Assembly (NCBI GenBank): GCA_017403825.1
Contig: JAFRDO010000016.1
Coordinates: 25,814-89,813, forward strand
Length of the DNA: 64,000 nt
Direction of reading: 5' to 3'
From: Kiritimatiellia bacterium
Lineage (GTDB): Bacteria; Verrucomicrobiota; Kiritimatiellia; RFP12; UBA1067
Part shown: positions 7,965-17,007 of the stretch, in pieces
How positions within the stretch are numbered: the first letter of the stretch is position 1
Layout of the letters: the number at the start of each line of letters is the position of its first letter
Notes under the pieces: model-generated
Seen by the model: only the letters and a program-made list of their open reading frames with translations
The model's database searches: none
What the model was told of the DNA's origin: nothing
Translations under genes and position numbers: made by a program

Positions 7965-8822
7965 ATGAAACAGATGGCTAGTGAAAATGACAGAGACGTG
8001 AAGCTGGAGCGGCTGCGCGCGTTGCTGCGGGAGACGGGCGGAGCGGTTGTGTCGTTTTCGGCGGGCGTGGATTCCACGTTTCTCCTGAAGGTCGCGCACG
8101 AGGAGCTTGTCGAGAGGGTTGTCGCGGTTACGGTTCGGTCGCATGCTTTCCCGAAGCGGGAACTGGACGAGGCGGTGGCGTTTTGCCGTGCCGAGGGCGT
8201 CCGCCACGAGATCCTGGACAGCGACGAATTGGACATTCCAGGATTTGCGGAAAATCCGCCGGACCGGTGCTATCTCTGCAAGAAGGCGCTGTTCGAAAGA
8301 CTGCTTGCATTTGCACGTGACAACGGGCTTTCGTCGGTGCTGGAAGGGTCGAACATCGACGATGACGGCGATTATCGTCCGGGCCGCCGCGCAATCCGCG
8401 AACTGGGCATATCAAGTCCGCTTCGCGAAGTCGGCCTGACGAAGGACGAGATACGCGAGTTGTCGCGGCAAATGGGCCTTCCGACAGCCGACAAGCCGTC
8501 GTTCGCCTGTCTCGCCTCGCGCTTCCCCTACGGCGAGCGCATCACGGCCGCTGGCTTGAAGCGCGTGGAGCGGGCGGAGCAGTATCTCCTTGACCTTGGC
8601 TTCGAACAGGTGCGCGTCCGCTCGCACGGCGACCTCGCGCGGATGGAACTGTCTTCGGCGGACATCCCGAAGGCCGTTGCGCAGCGGGAGAAGATTCACG
8701 CCACGCTAAAAGGCTTCGGGTTCGCGTATGTTGCGCTGGACCTTTGCGGCTACCGCACTGGCAGCTTGAACGAGGTGTTGCCCGCGACCGATTCAAGGAG
8801 AGGATCATGGGCAAGCGCTTGA
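7965..8822 (+). CDS. larE: ATP-dependent sacrificial sulfur transferase LarE (PP-loop)
   Basis: SFSAGVDSTFL PP-loop, NPPDRCYLCK, DDDGDYRPG, PSFACLASRFPYG, GYRTGSLN. Confidence 0.9.
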   Translation: MKQMASENDRDVKLERLRALLRETGGAVVSFSAGVDSTFLLKVAHEELVERVVAVTVRSHAFPKRELDEAVAFCRAEGVRHEILDSDELDIPGFAENPPDRCYLCKKALFERLLAFARDNGLSSVLEGSNIDDDGDYRPGRRAIRELGISSPLREVGLTKDEIRELSRQMGLPTADKPSFACLASRFPYGERITAAGLKRVERAEQYLLDLGFEQVRVRSHGDLARMELSSADIPKAVAQREKIHATLKGFGFAYVALDLCGYRTGSLNEVLPATDSRRGSWASA

Positions 8823-9952
8823 CGGGTTTCGACTATTCGCGGTCGATGTTCTACATGGTCACGATCAAGTGCTGCAATGGCGTACATGCGCTTTGTAAGA
8901 TCGTTGCGCCAGGCAAGTGCCAGTTGAATGCAGTTACGCGCGCGATGGTAAACTGCATTCGCAACTTCCATCTTGGTTGCGAGCAGATTGCGCCGATCGA
9001 GTGCTTCTCGATTATGCCTGATCATATTCACTTGCTGATTAGGATCGTGGATAGGAGCGAGATGCTTAAGGATGATGCAGCCGGCGCAAAGGCGCGCGCA
9101 TTTTCCCAAAGCGGCAATCCCATTCGCCTCTTGCGACTGGAGACGATTGTTGATCTTCTGATGCAGGCTCTTGAGGGCCGCTATCGCGAGGTAACGGGTC
9201 TTCGCGAGCAGGTTTTCGAGGCAGGATGGCATGATTGGATAGTTCTTGCGGAAGGCCAGCTTGCCGCCTTTACGCGCTATATCCGTGAAAACCCACGCCG
9301 ATCCTTTCTTCGCTCCGAGAACCGCCGCTATTTCACGTGCGTGCGTCGCGTTGCGTTCGCTGGGCGCGAGTGGTTCGCCTACGGTAATGCGGCAATCCTG
9401 GAATTGCCAGTAATCGAGCCGTTCCGATGCTCACGCAAGTGGGAGGAGAATGGAGCGGAATGGAGTGAGGCCATTGGCCGCGCCGAGCGCATCGGCCCTG
9501 GTGGCGCTGGCTGCGGCACTTTCTTGAGTCCTTGCGAGAAAGCTTGCGGCAACGCCATCTATCAGGCTGGAGGTTCGCTCGTCGTGCTCTCGCCAGAGGG
9601 CTTTGCGCCAAGGTGGCATCCGCCACGCAATAAGGAGGCGCTTTGCGCACAAGGGCGAATGCTCTTCCTCTCGCTGTGGGAGCCTTGCGCCGCAAAGCCA
9701 GATAATGCCATGCTCTATAGGCGCTGCCATGAGATGGGTGATATTATCTTAGGAGCAAAACGCTTAGGCAGGAACAAAGCGCTTAAGGCAAGTGGCGATT
9801 TTGCGCGCACTGCTGAAAATGGCATGGTCGGCGATGGGCATATTGGCAGCGTTGAGGCAGACGTTACTCTAAGAGTATTGCACCTACAAAAGAAAGCAGA
9901 TGACTATGCAACCAATCACCAGAGACGAGGCGGTGACGCTGCTGAAGCCTGA
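8807..9952 (+). mobile_element. Y1/HUH transposase (IS200/REP-associated tyrosine transposase-like) fused to a DprA/SLOG-like domain
   Basis: RL.GFDYS...YMVTI, IMPDHIH (HUH), GWHDWIV...YIRENP (catalytic Tyr). C-terminal part YGNAAIL...RCSR...FLSPCEK...GRMLFLS. ATG 8807 follows AAGGAGAGG; visibly lower GC than neighbours. Confidence 0.8.
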
Positions 9953-10838
9953 ACGGCGGGAGGAGCTGCGCGAAAGGGCGCACGAGGTGACGGAACGGTG
10001 CGTCGAGAAACGCTTTGACTTTTGCTCCATCATCAACGCACGCTCGGGGCGCTGCTCGGAGAACTGCAAGTGGTGTGCACAGTCTGCGCACTGGAAGACC
10101 GGCTGCGAGACATATGGTTGGGTTGGGACCGAGGCGTGCGTGAAGGCGGCGAAGGAGGCGGCGGCGAACGGCGCGGACCGCATCGGCATCGTCACTTCAG
10201 GACGCTGCCTTTCGCACGATGACGTGGAGAACGTCTGCGCCGCACTCCGGGAGATGCGAAGGGCGGAGCCGGACATCGGCCTTTGCGCTTCGCTTGGGCT
10301 CCTCTCGGAAGACGACCTCGCGAAACTCAATGCGGCGGGGCTTCAGCGCGTTCACTGCAATCTCGAGACCGCTCCGTCGCTCTTCCCGTCGCTCTGCTCT
10401 ACGCACACGATTGCGGACAAGCTCGCGACCTTGCGCGCCGCTAAGAAACTTGGTTTCCAGATCTGCTGCGGCGGCATCATCGGCATGGGCGAGACCGACG
10501 AGCAGCTCGTGGAGTTCGCCTTTGCGCTTAGGGAGATTGCGCCAGACTCTATTCCCGTCAACGTGCTGCACCCTATTGAAGGGACGCCGCTCGGCGACAG
10601 GGGCATTCTTGATCCGGAGCGCGTCGTCGATTCTGTCGCGCTCCTGCGGCTCGTGAACCCATCCACTCCGCTCCGCTTCGCTGGCGGGCGCCGCGACATG
10701 AGCGACGAGACGGCGGCGAAGTGCATCTATGCCGGAATGTCGGCGGGAATAGCGGGGCCGCTTCTCACCACGCCAGGCGCGGACTTCGACGACGACCGAG
10801 AACTGGCCGTTCGCGCCGGATATTCCGTCGGACGCTAG
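9900..10838 (+). CDS. bioB: Biotin synthase (radical SAM)
   Basis: CSIINARSGRCSENCKWCAQS, CASLG, HCNLET, CCGGIIGMGE, RFAGGR. Confidence 0.95.
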   Translation: MTMQPITRDEAVTLLKPERREELRERAHEVTERCVEKRFDFCSIINARSGRCSENCKWCAQSAHWKTGCETYGWVGTEACVKAAKEAAANGADRIGIVTSGRCLSHDDVENVCAALREMRRAEPDIGLCASLGLLSEDDLAKLNAAGLQRVHCNLETAPSLFPSLCSTHTIADKLATLRAAKKLGFQICCGGIIGMGETDEQLVEFAFALREIAPDSIPVNVLHPIEGTPLGDRGILDPERVVDSVALLRLVNPSTPLRFAGGRRDMSDETAAKCIYAGMSAGIAGPLLTTPGADFDDDRELAVRAGYSVGR

Positions 10839-10844
10839 GCGCCA

Positions 10845-11828
10845 TTACTCCGGCAGCAGGGAATCGGCGAACGGCACGAGCGGACGTCCGCGCAGGAACG
10901 CTCCGCCGTCCATTGCGGAGCCGCCCTCCGGCTTGACCTCGATAAGCTGGAGCGCGGTATCGTGGCACTTCACGACCGGGCCGGCCTTGTCTACGGCCAG
11001 CACCGTGCCCGGCGCTGCCGACGCCCATCCCGGGTTGAGGCGCATGATGCGGGCGCGCAGGACCACGAGCCGCCCTGACATTCCCTTCCTGCGCAGGCGC
11101 GGCGGCAAGAAGGTGTAGCAGCCGGGCCACGGGTTGTATGCGCGTATGCGCCGCTCGATCTCGATCACCGGCGAGTCCCAGACGATGCGTCCGTCCGCCT
11201 TGGTGAGCTTGCGGGCGTATGTGGCGTGCGTGGAGTCTTGCGGAACCTCTGGAGGCAGCGCGTTGTCGGACATCAGGCGCAGCGCCTTCGCGAGGGTGAC
11301 GCCGCCGGCGGTCGCCAGGTCGTTCATGAGCGCTCCCCCGGTGGTGTCGGGGTAGATGGGCTCGAAGCTCTGCAGCATGATCGGCCCGTCGTCCAGTCCG
11401 ACGCCCATGTGCATCACGGTGACGCCGGTGATTCGCTCGCCGGCGGCGAGCGCGGCGACGACCGGCGCGGCGCCGCGGTACTTCGGCAGGAGGGAAAAGT
11501 GGCAGTTGATGCAGCCGAAGAGAGGCAGGTCGAGAAGGGGCTTGCGCAGAATCTGCCCGTACGCCACGACGGCTATGACGTCCGGCCGCCATTCGCGTAT
11601 CGCGGCCATCGGACCTGCCTCGTTCACGTTCTCGGGCTTGATGATCCTGTCCGCCAGACCGCGTTCGGCGGCGTAGCGGGCCAGCTGGCACGGGGCGAGC
11701 ACCTTGCCGCGCCCTACGGGTCGGTCCGGCTGGGTGACGACGCCAACGACATCGAGAGCCTTCTCGCGCAGAAGCGCGTGGAGGCACTCGGCCGAAGCCG
11801 CAGACGAACCCATGAACACGACTCTCAT
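10845..11828 (-). CDS. fmt: Methionyl-tRNA formyltransferase
   Basis: VVFMG, VVTQPDRPVGRG, NCHFSLLPKYRGAAP, RAYNPWP. Confidence 0.95.
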   Translation of the reverse strand: MRVVFMGSSAASAECLHALLREKALDVVGVVTQPDRPVGRGKVLAPCQLARYAAERGLADRIIKPENVNEAGPMAAIREWRPDVIAVVAYGQILRKPLLDLPLFGCINCHFSLLPKYRGAAPVVAALAAGERITGVTVMHMGVGLDDGPIMLQSFEPIYPDTTGGALMNDLATAGGVTLAKALRLMSDNALPPEVPQDSTHATYARKLTKADGRIVWDSPVIEIERRIRAYNPWPGCYTFLPPRLRRKGMSGRLVVLRARIMRLNPGWASAAPGTVLAVDKAGPVVKCHDTALQLIEVKPEGGSAMDGGAFLRGRPLVPFADSLLPE

Positions 11829-11836
11829 GGGGCGAT

Positions 11837-11891
11837 ATTATACCACAAATGCGGTGCATCATTGCGAGTGCGGCTGAAAATTTGATATAAT
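11837..11891. promoter_or_regulatory. Divergent promoters: minus TGG-TATAAT (11845-11837, fmt) and plus TTGCGA-18-TATAAT (11862-11891)
   Basis: fmt ATG lies 8 nt after its -10. The plus promoter precedes AAAGGAG-ATG at 11920. Confidence 0.65.
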
Positions 11892-11919
11892 GCCCGCATA
11901 ACAAAAAGGAGACCGTTAC

Positions 11920-14900
11920 ATGAAAATGACAAGAAAGGTTCTCTCTTCCGTTGTTGCCGCGCTTGCGGCGGGCGCACTCTTCGCCGAGACTGAAGTCGTC
12001 GATGGCGTGGAATGGACGTATCAGGTAAAAGACGGGAAGGCGGAGATATACAACGATTGGTATGTCCCTGCAATCCCGGTTGAGACGTCTGGCGCGATTG
12101 CAATTCCTGCGACGCTCGGCGGTTGCCCCGTTATCAGCATCGGCTTTTCTGCGTTTTATGATTGTAGCAGTCTTACAAGCGTGACGATACCAGATGGCGT
12201 AACGCGCATTGGGGATTATGCATTCTGCGGTTGCTCCGAACTTGCCGACGTGACCATATCAGAAAGCGTAACGGACATAGGAGAGTGTGCGTTCAATGTG
12301 TGCTCCGAGCTTGCGCGCGTGTCGATACCGGACGGTGTGATGAACATCGGGGAGTTGGCGTTCAGCTATAGCGGGCTTGCCGACGTGACTATAGGTAGCG
12401 GTGTCACGAACATCGGATATAATGCGTTCCGCGGTTGTGACGGGTCATTTTCGGTTGCAGCCGGCAATCAGTCGTACAAGTCGGTTTCAGGCCTTCTGTT
12501 GACGAAGGACGGCAAGACGCTTGTCTATGGCGGGGGTGTTGATGTGACGATACCGAACGGCGTTACGAACATCAGTGACTCTGCGTTCTATAACTGTGAT
12601 AACCTTACGAACGTGACGATATCGGCCAGCGTCACGCGCATCGGGACGTATGCGTTCTATGGTTGCGGCAGTCTTGAGAGCGTAACAATGCCAGATGGCG
12701 TGAAGAGCATCGAGTCTAATGCGTTCGGCGATTGTACTGGGCTTAGGAGTGTGACGATCGGCAACGGTGTTGCCAGCATAGGGTATAGAGCGTTCTACGA
12801 CTGCCATAATATTACGAGCGTGACGATTCCTGACAGTGTTACGAGCATAGAAGATGAAGCCTTCTTCGACTGCTTTTGTCTTAAAGACGTAACGATCGGC
12901 AGTGGCGTCACGAACGTTGGGGTCATGGCGTTTTCCAGTTGTGGATTGGTGGGGTCATTTTCGGTTGCGGCCGGCAATCAGTCGTACAAGTCGGTGTCGG
13001 GGCTTCTGTTGACCAAGGACGGCAAGACGCTTGTCGCTGGCGTTTGTGGCGACGTGACGATACCGGACGGTGTCACGACCATCGGGTCTTATGCGTTCCA
13101 TGGTGCAAATCACCTTGAAAGTGTAACAATGCCCGACAGTGTGACGACCATCGGGGAATCTGCATTCGACTGGTGCACCAATCTTAAAAGCGTAAAGATG
13201 TCGAACAGCGTGGCCAGCATTGGGGCTTGGGCGTTTGATTATTGCACCCAGCTTGAGAACTTGACGATTCCCGACAGCGTTACAAGCATCGGGCAAAGTG
13301 CGTTCCGGGCCTGCATTGGTCTCATCGATGAAACTTCCATGCCTGGCGTCGAGTTGGTTGGCGGCTGGGCGGTTGGCCGCGATGACGAGCTTTCAGGGAG
13401 TCTGGATCTCGCCGGCGTGCGGGGCATCGGGGACGCCGTGTTTGAAGACAGCGGCCTTACGGGCGTGAAGATTCCCGGCAGCGCAACCAGGATCGGGTAC
13501 AGGGCGTTCGCGAATTGCAACGGGCTTGCGAGCCTGACTATCGGCAGCGGCGTCAAGAGCATCGGGGAGGAGGCGTTCGTCGGCTGCACCGGGCTTGCGA
13601 GCGTTACGATACCGGTCAGCGTCACGAGCATCGGGTGGCGCGCGTTCTGCGGTTGCAGCGAGCTTGTGAGCGTCAAGATGCCGAAGATTCCGGATGAGGA
13701 CTTCTTCTACGAATGCCCGAAGAGCCTGGTCATAACCTATTGGGGCGACGGGTGCGTCCTCAAGCTCAAGTCGAACAACTCGAAGTACGGCACCGTGAGC
13801 GGCGGCGGAACTTTCGAGAGCGGCGCGCGAGTGACGATAAAGGCGACGGCGAAGAAGGGAGACGTGTTCGCAGGGTGGTTCGCCGACAAGTCGTGCAAGA
13901 CGCCGCTGAACCCGCCGGGCTACGACAACCGCGACCCGAAGGTGAAGATCGTGATGCCGGCGGAAGACACGACGATCTACGCGAAGTTCGTGACGGCCGC
14001 TTCGGACAAGAAGTCGCTGAAGTTCTCGGACGCCACGAAGAAGTTCAAGAAGACTGCGGTCAAGGTTACGGCGGGCTCGGCGTTCCCGAAGAAGATCGAG
14101 TTCACGTCCGCCTCGCTGCCGACGGTTACGGCGAAGGGGTTTCCGAAGGGCCTTTCCATCGACAAGACGACCGGCGAGGTGACGGGCGTGGCGACGGTGC
14201 CCGGCTCCTACACGGCGACCGTTACGGTCAAGGATGCGGCGGGGAACACGATAACGCAGAAGGTGAAGATTTCCGTTTCCGTGCCGTCGTGGGCGAAGGG
14301 CACGTTCTGCGGGCTTGCCTACCCCGGCATCTCCGGCGGCCTGTGGGCGTACCTTGAGTTCACTGTCGACAAGGCCGGCAAGGTGTCCGGAAAGGTGACC
14401 TACAAGGGCAAGAGCTATTCGTTCAAGTCGTCCTATGAGTCGTGCTCGTCCTCGAAGGCGAAGTTCTCGCCGACGGTGAAGATCGGTTCTTCCACCTTCA
14501 AGCCGAAGACGGTGACGGTCAAGAAGATGAAGATCGGCGACCTTACACTCGTCGAGGCGTCCAACGCGGCGGAGACGTTCTTCGCGCAGAAGAAGGCGGA
14601 GCTTGTGAAGGCGGGCAAGGAGCTCGCGGAGATCATCGGAAAGAAGTTCACGTTCACGAAGAAGGATGCGAACTCCGGGCTCAAGAAGACCAGGGACAAG
14701 CTGACGGTGGTGATTTCGGACAACGACGGCGTGAAGGTGTCCGGCACGGTGAACGGCAAGAAGCTCACCGCCATCGTGCGGCCGCTGATCGTTTCCGAAA
14801 TGGTGACGGCGGACGGTGTCAAGACCTACACGATGACCGTTGACATCATCGAGCCTGACTACAAGTACGACCGTACGCTGGTCTTCACGGCGACGGTCGG

Positions 14901-14943
14901 GCCGGGCGGCGTTGCGGTGAATGTTGAATTCGAAGAAGAGTGA
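11920..14943 (+). CDS. BspA-type leucine-rich-repeat surface protein with InlB-B/Flg_new-like repeat, Ig domain and Lys-rich C-terminal module
   Basis: Signal peptide, many (S)VTIPDGVTxIGxxAFxxC repeats, GTVSGGGTF...FAGWF, GFPKGLSIDKTTGEVTG. Confidence 0.9.
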   Translation: MKMTRKVLSSVVAALAAGALFAETEVVDGVEWTYQVKDGKAEIYNDWYVPAIPVETSGAIAIPATLGGCPVISIGFSAFYDCSSLTSVTIPDGVTRIGDYAFCGCSELADVTISESVTDIGECAFNVCSELARVSIPDGVMNIGELAFSYSGLADVTIGSGVTNIGYNAFRGCDGSFSVAAGNQSYKSVSGLLLTKDGKTLVYGGGVDVTIPNGVTNISDSAFYNCDNLTNVTISASVTRIGTYAFYGCGSLESVTMPDGVKSIESNAFGDCTGLRSVTIGNGVASIGYRAFYDCHNITSVTIPDSVTSIEDEAFFDCFCLKDVTIGSGVTNVGVMAFSSCGLVGSFSVAAGNQSYKSVSGLLLTKDGKTLVAGVCGDVTIPDGVTTIGSYAFHGANHLESVTMPDSVTTIGESAFDWCTNLKSVKMSNSVASIGAWAFDYCTQLENLTIPDSVTSIGQSAFRACIGLIDETSMPGVELVGGWAVGRDDELSGSLDLAGVRGIGDAVFEDSGLTGVKIPGSATRIGYRAFANCNGLASLTIGSGVKSIGEEAFVGCTGLASVTIPVSVTSIGWRAFCGCSELVSVKMPKIPDEDFFYECPKSLVITYWGDGCVLKLKSNNSKYGTVSGGGTFESGARVTIKATAKKGDVFAGWFADKSCKTPLNPPGYDNRDPKVKIVMPAEDTTIYAKFVTAASDKKSLKFSDATKKFKKTAVKVTAGSAFPKKIEFTSASLPTVTAKGFPKGLSIDKTTGEVTGVATVPGSYTATVTVKDAAGNTITQKVKISVSVPSWAKGTFCGLAYPGISGGLWAYLEFTVDKAGKVSGKVTYKGKSYSFKSSYESCSSSKAKFSPTVKIGSSTFKPKTVTVKKMKIGDLTLVEASNAAETFFAQKKAELVKAGKELAEIIGKKFTFTKKDANSGLKKTRDKLTVVISDNDGVKVSGTVNGKKLTAIVRPLIVSEMVTADGVKTYTMTVDIIEPDYKYDRTLVFTATVGPGGVAVNVEFEEE
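12442..13035 (+). repeat. 84-bp near-identical direct repeat inside the LRR gene (12442-12525 and 12952-13035)
   Basis: gggtcattttcggttgc...ggcaagacgcttgtc occurs twice 510 bp apart with about 5 mismatches (GSFSVAAGNQSYKSVSGLLLTKDGKTLV twice). Confidence 0.9.
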
Positions 14944-14977
14944 GGCTTCGGTCCGCCCGCCTGTGCCTCGGCGACAG

Positions 14978-16969
14978 ATGACGCATCTGCTCGACGACCC
15001 TTGCCTGAAGCCTTACGAGGCGGCTGTTCGCGGACGCTCGCGCCGCGCGTTTGACCGCGCGGCCGAGCTGACGCAGGGAAAGTGTTCGTTGGCCGACTGG
15101 GCGAACGCTCACCGCTACTACGGGCTCCACCGCGACTCCCGCGGGTGGGTCTTCCGCGAGTGGGCGCCGCATGCGACGTCGATGTGGCTTGTAGGCGACT
15201 TCTGCGGATGGAAGATCGACCCCGAGTTCGAGGTGTTCCGCATACCGGGTACTGACGTCTGGGAGCGGCGCATCGGCGCACGACGCATCAGGCACGGCGA
15301 CAAGTACCATCTTGAGGTCCGCTGGGACGGCGACTGCGGCGAGCGCATACCGGCATACGCGCGTTTCGTGACGCAGGACCCGGAAACCAAGCTCTTCTCG
15401 GCGTCGGTCTGGAATCCGCGGAAGCCGTACAAGTGGCGGAACCCGAGGCCCGTTGTCCGGGCCGGCGAACCGCTCCTCATTTACGAGGCTCATGTCGGCA
15501 TGGCAGGCGAGGAGCCGTGCGTCCACACCTACGCCGAGTTCCGCGACGCCGTCCTGCCGCGAATCCGCGCCGCAGGCTACAACACCGTCCAGCTGATGGC
15601 GGTCATGGAGCACCCGTATTACGGCAGCTTTGGCTATCATGTCTCCTCGTTCTTCGCCGCTTCCTCGCGCTTCGGCACGCCGGACGACCTGAAGTCGCTC
15701 GTCGACGCGGCACACGGAATGGGGCTGCGGGTCATAATGGACCTGGTGCACTCCCATGCCGTGGCGAACGAGCGCGACGGACTCTCGCGTTTCGACGGCA
15801 CCGACTACCAGTACTTCCATTCCGGCGCGAAGGGCTGGCATTCGGCATGGGGCAGCAGGTGTTTCGACTACGGCAAGACTGACGTGCTGCACTTCTTGCT
15901 GTCCAACTGCAAGTTCTGGCTTGAGGAGTACCGCTTCGACGGCTACCGCTTCGACGGCGTCACTTCGATGCTGTTCTGGAACCATGGACTGGGCGACGCC
16001 TTCACCAGCTACGACATGTACTTCAACGGCTCCGTCGACGACGACGCCTGGGTGTATCTGCAGATGGCGAACCGCGTCATACACGAGGTCGAGCCGTCCG
16101 CGACGACCGTTGCCGAGGACGTCTCGGGGCTGCCTGGCGTAGCCGCGCCGGTCACGGACTGCGGCATCGGCTTCGACTACCGCATGGCGATGGGCGAGCC
16201 CGATTTTTGGTTCCGCCTTGCTTCCGAAGTGCGCGATGACGACTGGCCGATGGGCGGCATCTACTGGGCGCTTACGGACAAGCGTGCCGAGGAGCGTGTC
16301 GTGAGTTACGTCGAGTCGCACGATCAGGCGCTCGTCGGCGGCAAGACGTTCTTCTTCCAGCTCGCTGACGCGGCGGTCTACTACGGCATGGGACGAGACC
16401 AGCACGGCCTAGAAACCGACCGCGCCGTCGCGCTCCATAAGATGGCCCGTCTCGCCACGTTCGCGCTCAGTGGCGGAGCTTACCTGAACTTCATGGGCAA
16501 TGAGTTCGGGCACCCGGAGTGGATAGACTTTCCGCGAGAGGAGAACGGCTGGAGCTACGCCCATGCCCGCCGCCAGTGGTCGCTCCGCGACGACCCTGCC
16601 TTACGCTTCAAGGCGCTAGGCGACTTTGACGCGGCCATGCTCGCCGCCGTGGGTCCGGCATGCGGGGCGGCGCCGACGCTGCTTGCGGCGAACGAGCCCG
16701 ACAAGGTCCTGGCGTTTGTCAGGGGCGAGCGTCTTTTCGTGTTCAACTTCAATCCGGTCCGGTCGTTCGAGGGCTACGGCGTGATGGTGCCGCCGGCGAC
16801 GGAATGGCGGCATCTCCTCGACACCGACGAGCCGCGGTTTGGCGGACAGGGGCGCATTCGCGGCGGGGGTGGCTATGTCCCGACGCTCGTCCGCGACCGC
16901 AGTGAGCTCGTGCAGCAGATACGGCTTTATCTCCCGGCGCGGACGGCAATCGTGCTCACGCGCGCATGA
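14978..16969 (+). CDS. glgB: 1,4-alpha-glucan branching enzyme (GH13, eukaryote/Bacteroidota-like type)
   Basis: FREWAP, IYEAHVGM, EHPYYGSFGYHVS, FDGYRFDGVTSM, ESHDQALVG, YLNFMGNEFGHPEWIDFPR. Confidence 0.93.
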   Translation: MTHLLDDPCLKPYEAAVRGRSRRAFDRAAELTQGKCSLADWANAHRYYGLHRDSRGWVFREWAPHATSMWLVGDFCGWKIDPEFEVFRIPGTDVWERRIGARRIRHGDKYHLEVRWDGDCGERIPAYARFVTQDPETKLFSASVWNPRKPYKWRNPRPVVRAGEPLLIYEAHVGMAGEEPCVHTYAEFRDAVLPRIRAAGYNTVQLMAVMEHPYYGSFGYHVSSFFAASSRFGTPDDLKSLVDAAHGMGLRVIMDLVHSHAVANERDGLSRFDGTDYQYFHSGAKGWHSAWGSRCFDYGKTDVLHFLLSNCKFWLEEYRFDGYRFDGVTSMLFWNHGLGDAFTSYDMYFNGSVDDDAWVYLQMANRVIHEVEPSATTVAEDVSGLPGVAAPVTDCGIGFDYRMAMGEPDFWFRLASEVRDDDWPMGGIYWALTDKRAEERVVSYVESHDQALVGGKTFFFQLADAAVYYGMGRDQHGLETDRAVALHKMARLATFALSGGAYLNFMGNEFGHPEWIDFPREENGWSYAHARRQWSLRDDPALRFKALGDFDAAMLAAVGPACGAAPTLLAANEPDKVLAFVRGERLFVFNFNPVRSFEGYGVMVPPATEWRHLLDTDEPRFGGQGRIRGGGGYVPTLVRDRSELVQQIRLYLPARTAIVLTRA

Positions 16970-16972
16970 GCA

Positions 16973-17001
16973 TTGACTTCGACTGCGATTTTTAGGATAA
17001 T
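16973..17001 (+). promoter_or_regulatory. Promoter TTGACT-17-GATAAT, ATG 6 nt downstream (leaderless)
   Basis: TTGACT 16973-78, GATAAT 16996-17001, ATG 17008. Confidence 0.75.
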
Positions 17002-17007
17002 ACGAGC

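Noticed and set aside
8807-9952. IS605/IS200 element with TnpB or an RNA-guided nuclease
   Set aside because: There is no RuvC or Zn-finger TnpB ORF adjacent, and the C-terminal domain lacks RuvC motifs
12442-13035. Diversity-generating retroelement TR/VR pair
   Set aside because: Both copies are in-frame in one gene, the mismatches are synonymous and not adenine-specific, and no reverse transcriptase is in the window
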